Shown here: piece by piece, positions 1-7,485 of the stretch
Layout: each line of letters opens with the position of its first letter
Numbering within the stretch: the first letter of the stretch is position 1
Assembly: GCA_046292385.1 (NCBI GenBank)
Contig: JBKBRF010000003.1
Location: 138,855-178,220 of the forward strand
Direction: 5' to 3'
Source of the DNA: Armatimonadota bacterium
GTDB taxonomy: Bacteria; Armatimonadota; SYMT01
DNA length: 39,366 nucleotides
Position numbers and translations under genes: made by a program
Notes under the pieces: model-generated
Told to the model about the DNA's origin: nothing
What the model saw: only the letters and a program-made list of their open reading frames with translations
The model's database searches: none

Positions 1-21
1 CCCGCCGGCGATGCCGGCGGG
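1..21 (-). terminator. Possible terminator hairpin downstream of the lasso cluster
   Basis: Perfect 9-bp stem CCCGCCGGC-GAT-GCCGGCGGG, 37 nt past the kinase stop. Any U-tract would lie outside the window. Confidence 0.35.
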
Positions 22-58
22 CCCCTTCGCTCGTAGTTACTGCCGCCGTTCGCCAGTG

Positions 59-1045
59 TCAGGCTAACGCCAGATCCCGCAGGATCGCGTCATGTACTCG
101 CGGCAGGTGATGGTGCCCGGATGGATAGTATAAGCGCCGGACTGGTACCTCTCGCACGATTCGGGCGACCCGTGCGAGCCGGTGCGGGTGCAGTTCCAGG
201 GCGTGAATCGTCTTCGGGATAAAGGCGTGCCGCACCAGAGCCATCGCGGCCTCATCGCGGGGCAACGGCTCAATCCGGACGGCGTCCAGCCCCGTAACTT
301 CTTCGAGCGCCGGATAGCGCTGTGGCAGGTAAAGACGGGCGAGTGGAGCGGGTTGATCCCAGAACGTACCGAACTCCGCCCCCACTGGAATGACGCATTT
401 CCCCAGCCTGGGATGCAAGCTACGCCACCGTTCGCCCTCTCCCGTTAGGATTGCTGCATCCCGTCGCCGCAGCCGGATCTGCGGATAAGCCGGCCTTGCG
501 AGAACGTCGCCGCCGGAGTCCACCGCGAGCAGGTCGTCGGTGAGAAGCGGGATTCCCATACCCGAAAGCGCGGCAGCCAGAGTGCTCTTGCCCGCGTGGT
601 TGACGCCGAGAAACCCGGCGGCTCGCCCCCCAAAGACCGAGGCAGTGGAGTGCAGAGCAGTGACGCCTCTCAGTTCGAGCCAGAGCGCAAAAACGATGCC
701 GAGCAGGCGGATCTCAAGCAGATCGGGGTCCACTTGATCCCCAGAGATGCAGCGGATCTCGCGATCCTCGATCAAGAAATCAGCGGCGCCAGGGCAACGT
801 AGGAGATACCGGTCTCCAAGTCGGAAAAGTGAGAAGTCTGGTTGCTGGTTCCGCGATTGAGGTAGGGCAGTGTGAATTGGGTCCGGCAAGGGACCTGCGG
901 CTTCCCTCGCCTCCATCTCGTGTCGGATGACTAGCCTAGGGTCATCCGACGCCTGCAGGAGCGAAGCCTTGAGCGCAAGGTTCGTGCGCAGTGGCACCCC
1001 GTAGGCGGTCAAGGCTCGCCACTCTATCCCGTCAGATCCACACAT
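59..1045 (-). CDS. HPr-kinase-like lasso peptide kinase (PadeK/ThcoK-type)
   Basis: LHSTAS...FLGVNHAGKSTLAAAL...LLTDD gives the HprK-type His, Walker A and DD motifs. Starts 8 nt after the precursor stop. Confidence 0.8.
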   Translation of the reverse strand: MCGSDGIEWRALTAYGVPLRTNLALKASLLQASDDPRLVIRHEMEAREAAGPLPDPIHTALPQSRNQQPDFSLFRLGDRYLLRCPGAADFLIEDREIRCISGDQVDPDLLEIRLLGIVFALWLELRGVTALHSTASVFGGRAAGFLGVNHAGKSTLAAALSGMGIPLLTDDLLAVDSGGDVLARPAYPQIRLRRRDAAILTGEGERWRSLHPRLGKCVIPVGAEFGTFWDQPAPLARLYLPQRYPALEEVTGLDAVRIEPLPRDEAAMALVRHAFIPKTIHALELHPHRLARVARIVREVPVRRLYYPSGHHHLPRVHDAILRDLALA

Positions 1046-1053
1046 CGCCGCGG

Positions 1054-1227
1054 CTAGCCGCCGATCGGGGTTGTGCCCTGATCGAAATCATCATCCGGCA
1101 GTCCGTCGCCGCCGGCCAAAGTGAGTTGTCTGATGTCACCATACTCTCGCAGCTCAGGCGCCACGTAGGTACGAGGTACCGAGCCGAATCCGTGCTCATC
1201 GACCGTGGGCTTCGCGTAAGTCTTCAT
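1054..1227 (-). CDS. Lasso peptide precursor, 57 aa: MKTYAKPTVDEHGFGSVPRTYVAPELREYGDIRQLTL / AGGDGLPDDDFDQGTTPIGG
   Basis: Hand-translated; ATG at 1227 with GGGAG RBS upstream. YxxPxLxxxGxxxxxT leader motif with Thr at -2; core starts Ala-Gly with Asp at 8/9. Sits between cyclase and kinase and overlaps the cyclase 3' end by 32 nt. Confidence 0.88.
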   Translation of the reverse strand: MKTYAKPTVDEHGFGSVPRTYVAPELREYGDIRQLTLAGGDGLPDDDFDQGTTPIGG

Positions 1228-3151
1228 TTGCTTGCTCCCTTTGCCAAGTGTCCAACTCATGAGATCGAAGCGCCCCGTAGGAACCCTCACGATCACGGAG
1301 CCAGATCTCCAGTTGAACCGCATATAGAAACTGGACCATTTGATAGACATTCAGCCGTGCGAGATGCTCGATGCTCGCCCGCATCACCCTGGCCTCTATC
1401 AGTGCCAGTTCCTGAAGAATACCCTTGTCAAGTAGCGCTCGGTACTGACCTATTCCTTCGGAGACGGCGATCCGCGCGAGGACGCACATGTCAGAATTAT
1501 ACTTCCGGCGGATGCGGATCTCCTCGGGTAGTATCCCCTTCATCGTCTCACGCAGGATCCATTTCGAAGTGCCGGGCTGAACCAGTAGGCCAAACGGCAA
1601 CCGGAGCGCGAATTCCGCGAGACGCCGATCCATCAGTGGGAACCGCATGTCTAATCTGGCTTCGCGCGCCAGTTTTGAATAGCGGGAGAGCGCATCTCGT
1701 TGTCCATGCCGGGCGATAAGATTCTGATACTGGTGTTGTCTCGCGGGATGCGAGTATCTCCGGGCATAGCGGATACCCCGACGGCGCAGATCCGGCCGGG
1801 TCAGCCGGACCAACTCTGGGTGGAGCCAGCGCGGCACCGGACGGTAGGTGCCGCTGCGGCTCCACCAGCGCCACGATCGCATCCAAGAGTCAGGTATCCA
1901 GGGACGTACTAAGCCCCGAAGCCGAACTCCGGCCCAGTTTCTACCGCGACTACTCGTCAGCCACTTTCGCACGCCTGGGTCTTTCAGAGAGGCGCTCCAG
2001 TCTGACAACGAAAGTGGCCCGGGTAGGAACAGCGTGTCTCCTCCGTGCCCTGTAAAGGCAGCTTGTCCACCCCGCGACTGGAGTTGGAGTAGCGCTTCGC
2101 GAACGAGGAGATCGTTTGCTACGGGGGCCCTGTCAGCTTCGGTCGATGCTCGACCCGGGCCGGCGATCACCGGAAAACGATCTGTCGCCAGTGGGACGTA
2201 CTCCATCCCCACGCTGGCCGCGAGGGATGTGGCGAGCACCCGTTCGTCGACGCCCGAGCGTTCGCCAAGTGTCTTGTTTAGTGCAATGGGCCTGACTCGC
2301 ACCCGCCTAGCGAGATACAGTCGCTGCGCGAGCGCTGCTATCGAGGTCGAATCGAGCCCGCCACTGGTGAATACACCCGCCACGCCATCCAGATCGCTTA
2401 GACGTTGCTCAACCGAGTCACGCAGTACAGTAGCAAACTCTTCGACGAGTTCCGATTGATTCCTCTCCGGTGCTGGGTGTGTGCTGAGACCCGGGTCCCA
2501 ATAGCGCCGCGCCGACCGCGTCTGCTGCGCCAGTGATAGCGAGTGGCCCGGCACCACGTTTTGAACGCCGATGTAGAATGTTCGAGCATCGAACTTCGAA
2601 TTCTGGGTCAGGTAATCACTCAGCGCGCAGGCGTCCAGGTCTCGGGAGGTCTCGGGAAGGCGGAGGAGGGCGTCGGCGGAGGTGGCGAAGGCGAAGCCCT
2701 GCTCCCGCGGGGAGTAGCAGAGCAGGCGGATGCCCATGGCGTCTCGCGCTACGAAGAGCCGCCGCTCGCGGGTGTCCCACACGGCGAAGGCGAAGTCGCC
2801 GTAGAGCCGCTCCGGGCAGCGCTCGCCCCAGCGGGCGTAGGCGGCGAGGATCAGCTCGGAGTCGGCGGCGTCTCGCTCCAGCGGGATCTCGCCGTTCCGG
2901 AGCTCCGCATACAGTTCCGCGCGCTCGTCCAGGCGAGAGTCGGCCACCACCACCAGCCGTCCGTCCGGGCTCTGCGCCATGCCGCTGCCGCGGGTGGGGC
3001 CGGGAATCCGGCGCGCCGCCAGGGCGGCGGTGCCGCAGGGGCTGAAGTAGCGCTGCGGGGGATCGCCGGCGCCGTCTGGGCCGAGCAGGCAGTCGAGACG
3101 CTCGCGGTCGACCGGCCGCCGCCAGTCTACGATGCCGAAGATGTCGTTCAC
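1196..3151 (-). CDS. Lasso cyclase (asparagine synthetase-like, protein C)
   Basis: GTG start overlaps the B2 stop (GTGA). N-terminus NDIFGIVD has no Ntn Cys1. Motifs GDFAFAVWD, RDAMGIR, SGGLDS (PP-loop), TGHGGD, RFPLMDRRL. Confidence 0.9.
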   Translation of the reverse strand: MNDIFGIVDWRRPVDRERLDCLLGPDGAGDPPQRYFSPCGTAALAARRIPGPTRGSGMAQSPDGRLVVVADSRLDERAELYAELRNGEIPLERDAADSELILAAYARWGERCPERLYGDFAFAVWDTRERRLFVARDAMGIRLLCYSPREQGFAFATSADALLRLPETSRDLDACALSDYLTQNSKFDARTFYIGVQNVVPGHSLSLAQQTRSARRYWDPGLSTHPAPERNQSELVEEFATVLRDSVEQRLSDLDGVAGVFTSGGLDSTSIAALAQRLYLARRVRVRPIALNKTLGERSGVDERVLATSLAASVGMEYVPLATDRFPVIAGPGRASTEADRAPVANDLLVREALLQLQSRGGQAAFTGHGGDTLFLPGPLSLSDWSASLKDPGVRKWLTSSRGRNWAGVRLRGLVRPWIPDSWMRSWRWWSRSGTYRPVPRWLHPELVRLTRPDLRRRGIRYARRYSHPARQHQYQNLIARHGQRDALSRYSKLAREARLDMRFPLMDRRLAEFALRLPFGLLVQPGTSKWILRETMKGILPEEIRIRRKYNSDMCVLARIAVSEGIGQYRALLDKGILQELALIEARVMRASIEHLARLNVYQMVQFLYAVQLEIWLRDREGSYGALRSHELDTWQREQANEDLREAHGR

Positions 3152-3615
3152 GGCGCCGGCTCCGCCCGGGGCGCCGGTACGGCGGGGAACGCCCGGTAGC
3201 GCCCGGGCACGCCCCCGGCCTCTCCCACGGCGATGCCGTGGAGCTCCACCCACGCGTGGGCGAGGAGGGCGCCTTCCTCTTTACAGACGCCGACCCGCAG
3301 CGCTGCCGGAATCCCGCGCCGCCGGAGCAGCCAGAAGAGTGCGAGCGCGCGGGGCAGGCAGGTCACCTCTCCGGGGAGCGCCTCCGCACCGCGGTGGACC
3401 CGCGCGTGACAGCGGCGCACGCTGACCCACTGGCTGCGGACCAGCGCCTGCGGCACGGCGGTGGCGGCGTCCGGAGCCGGGCGAAGCGCGATCGCGACCG
3501 CCCGCTCCGCGCGCAGGCGCACCACCGCGCATGCGGCGAGCAGCACCATGCCGGTCTCCAGGGTGGCGCAGAGCCGGCGGACCCGGTATCGGAGCGACTC
3601 AGGCATCGAGAGCAT
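3148..3615 (-). CDS. Lasso leader peptidase B2 (transglutaminase-like)
   Basis: TCLPRALAL and AHAWVE catalytic Cys/His motifs; overlaps B1 and C. Confidence 0.9.
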   Translation of the reverse strand: MLSMPESLRYRVRRLCATLETGMVLLAACAVVRLRAERAVAIALRPAPDAATAVPQALVRSQWVSVRRCHARVHRGAEALPGEVTCLPRALALFWLLRRRGIPAALRVGVCKEEGALLAHAWVELHGIAVGEAGGVPGRYRAFPAVPAPRAEPAP

Positions 3616-3883
3616 GGACCAGCCCTCGCGAGAGCAGAAGGCGCACGAACGTCTCGAAATCGGCGCGGAGCACCTCGTCGGAGACGTCGTAGGTGCCCTG
3701 GAGACCGCGGAAGGCGCCCTCGAGGCAGCCGTCTTGCGAGAGGAGCGACCAGATCCGGCCGCCGACCTCGTTCAGGCCGAAGTAGGTGCCGGCCCGGAGG
3801 TCCAGCAGGACGCGCTCGTCCCCCAGGTCGACCTCCATCACCTGCGCTTCTACCTGCACTCGCCGCGGCATCGGATCCCTCAT
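3599..3883 (-). CDS. RiPP recognition element B1 (PqqD family), 94 aa
   Basis: C-terminal part of ORF 3599..5260; ATG at 3883 with AGGTGAGGGA RBS. Pattern DLGDERVLLDLRAGTYFGLNEVGGRIWSLL...YDV...L..D...F...L...GL. Confidence 0.88.
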   Translation of the reverse strand: MRDPMPRRVQVEAQVMEVDLGDERVLLDLRAGTYFGLNEVGGRIWSLLSQDGCLEGAFRGLQGTYDVSDEVLRADFETFVRLLLSRGLVHALDA

Positions 3884-3902
3884 CACTGATTCCCTCACCT
3901 GT

Positions 3903-3931
3903 CCTATAGGCACCGCACCCCGCCGGTGCAA
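3903..3931 (-). promoter_or_regulatory. Candidate sigma70-type promoter for the lasso operon
   Basis: Minus strand TTGCAC-N17-TATAGG just upstream of the B1 RBS; imperfect -10. Confidence 0.3.
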
Positions 3932-4249
3932 GCAGGCGGACCTCCCAAAAGCGGTCTTCAACGCCCCGCCCGCGCGACGCGGGCAGGAGCTATTGTCGGC
4001 CGCGGACTTTATCCGCTGGACGGCATCCCCCTGTAAGTTGCCCCCTGCGGTTGTAGCTCGGCTGCGCGGCAAGTGAGGAGGTGGGCAGGCGCCGGCGGCG
4101 ACGCGGCGGCTCCCGTGGGGAGTGTGGCAGGGTGCCCTAAGGGCGGGCTCGCTTCTGCCGATAATGCTTGCGCGGTGATCCGCTCCCCCTGCCGGCAGGC
4201 TCTTCCCGGCGGCACCCCGTTTCCTGAAGCATTTGCGGAGGCATTGACT

Positions 4250-5353
4250 ATGGCGGCCAGCAGTGTGGTCGGACTCGATATCGGCAGCAGCCAGATTAAG
4301 GCGGTACACCTCAGCCGCAGCCGGAGCAACTGGTCGCTGGCCGGCGCCGGCATCGTGCCCACCCCGCCGGAGAGCGTGCAGGACGGCGTGATCCTGGACG
4401 CGCCCTCGGTGACGGAGGCGGTGCGCGACCTGCTGCGCCAGTTCCACCTGCCCGCGTCCGACACGGTGGCGGCCGTCTCCGGCTCTCACGTGCTGGTGCG
4501 CTCCATCCGGGTGCCGGACATGAACCTGAACACCCTGAAGAAGTCGATCCGCTTCGAGGCGGCGAAGCACGTGGACCAGGGCACCAGCGGCGTCTCGATC
4601 GACCAGAGCGCGGTGGAGTTCGAGGTGCTGGGAAAGACCGGCAGCCCGGCGCAGCTCGAGCTGCTCCTGGTAGTGGCGCCGAACACGATGGTGAACGGCC
4701 GGGTCGCCGTGATGGAAGGCGCCGGGATGGAGCCGGTGGCGGTCGACGTGGAGGCGTTCGCGCTGCTCCGGTCGATGGAAGCGGCCGGACTGATGCCGCC
4801 GAGCGGCCAGGCGGCGGTCCTGATGAACATGGGCGCCACCTACACCGACCTGAACATCATCGTCGGCGACCAGGTGGCGGTGACCCGCAGCATCCCGATC
4901 GGCGGCAACGCGCTCACCTCCAGCCTCGCCTCCATGCTCAACGTGCCGGTGGAAGAGGCGGAGCAGCAGAAGCGGCACATCGACATCGCTCCCGGCCGCG
5001 CGAGTACCGACGCCATGGGCTTCGGCGTCTCCGCGGCGCCCGATCCGGCTCGGCAGGTGACGCTCCCGTTCGTGGACGAGCTGATCCGCGAGCTGAAGCG
5101 CTCCGTGATCTTCTTCCAGTCCCAGGCGGCCGAGGCGGGAATGAACGTCTCCGTGGACCAGCTGATCCTGGCCGGCGGCGGCACCCAGCTGCAGGGTCTT
5201 ACCGACTATCTCAAGGAGCGGCTCTCGATGAACGTGGTGCTGCTCGACCCGCTCGCGCACGGCGCCGCTGCCGCGCCGGAGGCTGCCTCCTGGCAGGGGC
5301 GCGGCGCCGAGCTGGCGGTGGCGATGGGTCTCGCCCTGAAGGAGTACGTGTGA
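4250..5353 (+). CDS. pilM: Type IV pilus assembly protein PilM (actin-like)
   Basis: VGLDIGSSQIKAV, NMGATYT, ILAGGG, AVAMGLAL; GGAGG RBS before ATG 4250. Confidence 0.92.
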   Translation: MAASSVVGLDIGSSQIKAVHLSRSRSNWSLAGAGIVPTPPESVQDGVILDAPSVTEAVRDLLRQFHLPASDTVAAVSGSHVLVRSIRVPDMNLNTLKKSIRFEAAKHVDQGTSGVSIDQSAVEFEVLGKTGSPAQLELLLVVAPNTMVNGRVAVMEGAGMEPVAVDVEAFALLRSMEAAGLMPPSGQAAVLMNMGATYTDLNIIVGDQVAVTRSIPIGGNALTSSLASMLNVPVEEAEQQKRHIDIAPGRASTDAMGFGVSAAPDPARQVTLPFVDELIRELKRSVIFFQSQAAEAGMNVSVDQLILAGGGTQLQGLTDYLKERLSMNVVLLDPLAHGAAAAPEAASWQGRGAELAVAMGLALKEYV

Positions 5354-5952
5354 TGGCGAATATCAACCTGATCTCCGCCCGGCGCGCCGAGCGAGTGCGG
5401 GTAGCCAAGGTGGCCAAGGGTCTGCTGATCGGCCTGATTGTCGTCAGCTCGCTCGGCCTCGGCTCGGCCGCGTTCATGACCGGCCAGATCTTCATCGCCG
5501 GCGGCCGCGTGACCGCCGCGGAGAAGGAGCTGGAGAAGCTCCGCCCGATCCTGGACGAGATCGAGGCGGCGGAGAAGGAGCGGCTCGCGCTGCAGCCGAA
5601 GCTCACCACCCTCACCGAGGCCCAGCAGGCGACCAACCGCTGGTACGGCATCCTGGAGGGGCTGAAGCGGGCGGTGCCGGAGGAGACGTGGCTGACGAAC
5701 CTGGCGGTGGAGAAGTCCGGTGACGGACCGCAGACGCTGCGGATCAACGGCATGACCGCGAGCCAGACCCGCGTGGGCGAGACGATGTACCGTCTCACGC
5801 AGCAGCCGGAGCATTACGCCAAGGTGGACCTGCGCTACTCCGAGACGAGCCGCGCTCAGATTGCGGATGCGGTAGAGTTCGAGCTCGCCGCCCAGTTGTT
5901 CCAGCCGGAGAAGTCGAAGACGGGGGCCAAGGATGAAGCTAAAACCAAGTAA
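5353..5952 (+). CDS. pilN: Type IV pilus assembly protein PilN
   Basis: N-terminal NINLI motif, single TM helix, coiled coil, VPEETWLT; coupled to pilM. Confidence 0.85.
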   Translation: MANINLISARRAERVRVAKVAKGLLIGLIVVSSLGLGSAAFMTGQIFIAGGRVTAAEKELEKLRPILDEIEAAEKERLALQPKLTTLTEAQQATNRWYGILEGLKRAVPEETWLTNLAVEKSGDGPQTLRINGMTASQTRVGETMYRLTQQPEHYAKVDLRYSETSRAQIADAVEFELAAQLFQPEKSKTGAKDEAKTK

Positions 5953-6640
5953 GCAGTTGCTGATCCTGCTGGGCGCCGCCGTCGGCGCGGCGGTCCTTCT
6001 CTTCGGAGGCGTCTTCTGGTTCCAGAGCACCGCGCTGGACGAGACCATGCAGAAGCTGGAGGCGCGGCAGAAGGAGCTGGAGGACGGCAAGAAGATCGCC
6101 GAGCGCGAAGAGCTGGCGAAGGCGATGCTGGAGGAAGACCTCACCCAGCTTCGCTTCCTGGAGAGCGGCGTCTCGGAGGCGGTCTACGTGCCGACCTTCC
6201 TGAAGCAGTTGGAAGAGCTCGCCGGAGAGACGAAGAATCGGGTGCTGGGTATCCGGCCGGAGGTGGTGCGGCAGGCGCCGACCAAGCTCCAGCAGCGCCG
6301 CGATCCGGAAGCGGATGAAAAGGCGCAGAAGGACGGAAAGAAGCCGGCGGCCGAGAAGCCGGAGCCGTACACGCGGCTCAGCATCGAGGTGAACCTGGAG
6401 GGGACGTTCCAGTCCGCCCAGACCTTCATCTCCCGCCTCACCCGCTTTCCCAAGATCGTGGCGGTGGAGGAAGTGCAGCTCCAGCCGCAGCAGGCACAGC
6501 TCAACACCGCCGCCGGAGCCCTCTCCGCGCGGGTCAAGCTGATCGCGTTTGTGATGAAAGAAACCCAGCCCGCGCGCGCTTCGGTGACCGCTTCCAGCGT
6601 CAGCGCGCTGCAGCAGGCCGAGCTCGGAGGGAGCCGCTGA
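5933..6640 (+). CDS. pilO: Type IV pilus assembly protein PilO
   Basis: N-terminal TM, coiled coil, PY..LSIEVNLEGTF....FISRL..FPKIV; follows pilN. Confidence 0.8.
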   Translation: MKLKPSKQLLILLGAAVGAAVLLFGGVFWFQSTALDETMQKLEARQKELEDGKKIAEREELAKAMLEEDLTQLRFLESGVSEAVYVPTFLKQLEELAGETKNRVLGIRPEVVRQAPTKLQQRRDPEADEKAQKDGKKPAAEKPEPYTRLSIEVNLEGTFQSAQTFISRLTRFPKIVAVEEVQLQPQQAQLNTAAGALSARVKLIAFVMKETQPARASVTASSVSALQQAELGGSR

Positions 6641-7362
6641 TGAAGTTCCAGAAACTGGACAGCAAGCAGGTGCCGCAGGTAGTCGTGCTCGGCGTGCTCT
6701 GCGTGGGGGTGGTCGGCTACGGCGCCTATTCGGTCTTGGGCTCCGTCCCCGAGGAGCCGAAGAGGAAGGCGGAGGCGAAGAGCTCCGGCGCGAGCCAGGC
6801 CCAACTCGCCCAGGCGCCGGCGGGAGAGACCGGGGCGACGTCCGAGGCGGTAAGTATGGCGGAGGCGCCGCAAGCCGTACCCGGACTGCAACTCCCGGGT
6901 CAGTACAACCCGGATCCGTTTAAGCCGGCCCGCCAGCTTACGCCGCCGAAGAAGGTTTCCAAGGCGCCGACCGTCTCCGTACGGCCCTCCCGCCCCGAGC
7001 GGAGCTCCGCGCCGCAGCGCGACTTCCGCCTCACGCCGCTGCCGTTTCCCGGCGCCGGAGCCACTTTCCAGCCGCCGGCTGCCCCGGCCAGACCGGTGCC
7101 GGTAGTCCCGCCCGCGCCCGTGCGGCCCCAGGTCGCGATGCTCGGCGTCATCGACGTGGACGAGGGCGACGACATGGCCTTGCTGGAGCTCCAGGGTCAG
7201 CAGCAGATGGTACAGGTGGGGCAGCTGGTCGCCGATTACCGGATCAAAGAGATCCACCTGGACCGGGTGGTGCTCGTCCACGGTAAGGACCGGTTCGTGG
7301 TCTACCTGGCAGCGCCGTCTTCGGAGAAGTCCGCCCCCGCGCGGAGCTCCGAGATCGCCTGA
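6640..7362 (+). CDS. PilP/GspC-like membrane-anchored pilus assembly protein
   Basis: N-terminal TM, PDPF motif, Pro-rich linker, C-terminal beta domain (LGVI...MALL...VQVGQ...YRIKEI); occupies the pilP position. Confidence 0.6.
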   Translation: MKFQKLDSKQVPQVVVLGVLCVGVVGYGAYSVLGSVPEEPKRKAEAKSSGASQAQLAQAPAGETGATSEAVSMAEAPQAVPGLQLPGQYNPDPFKPARQLTPPKKVSKAPTVSVRPSRPERSSAPQRDFRLTPLPFPGAGATFQPPAAPARPVPVVPPAPVRPQVAMLGVIDVDEGDDMALLELQGQQQMVQVGQLVADYRIKEIHLDRVVLVHGKDRFVVYLAAPSSEKSAPARSSEIA

Positions 7363-7367
7363 CCCGC

Positions 7368-7402
7368 GCGGTCCCCAGGCTCGCGCTGACCCTGGGGACT
7401 GC
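7368..7402 (+). other. Intergenic hairpin between the pilP-like gene and pilB
   Basis: GCGGTCCCCAGG / CCTGGGGACTGC 12-bp stem with one G-U and no U-tract. Confidence 0.4.
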
Positions 7403-7485
7403 CGCACCGTCTCCGCCTCGCCGGCGGGGGCGGCACTCTTCGGACGCGCCCTCACGTCTTCCGAGGGGGAAGTAGTTAAGCAACC

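Noticed and set aside
1228..1350. Longer 98-aa version of the precursor ORF
   Set aside because: Lies entirely inside the cyclase gene; the RBS and leader motif point to ATG 1227.
3884..4249. c-di-GMP riboswitch upstream of the pilus operon
   Set aside because: No GGCAAA...GAAA...GACGCAAA class I pattern found on either strand.
3884..5260. N-terminal 459 aa of the 553-aa ORF 3599..5260
   Set aside because: Mostly antisense to pilM; only the last 94 aa (own RBS, PqqD pattern) are a credible gene.
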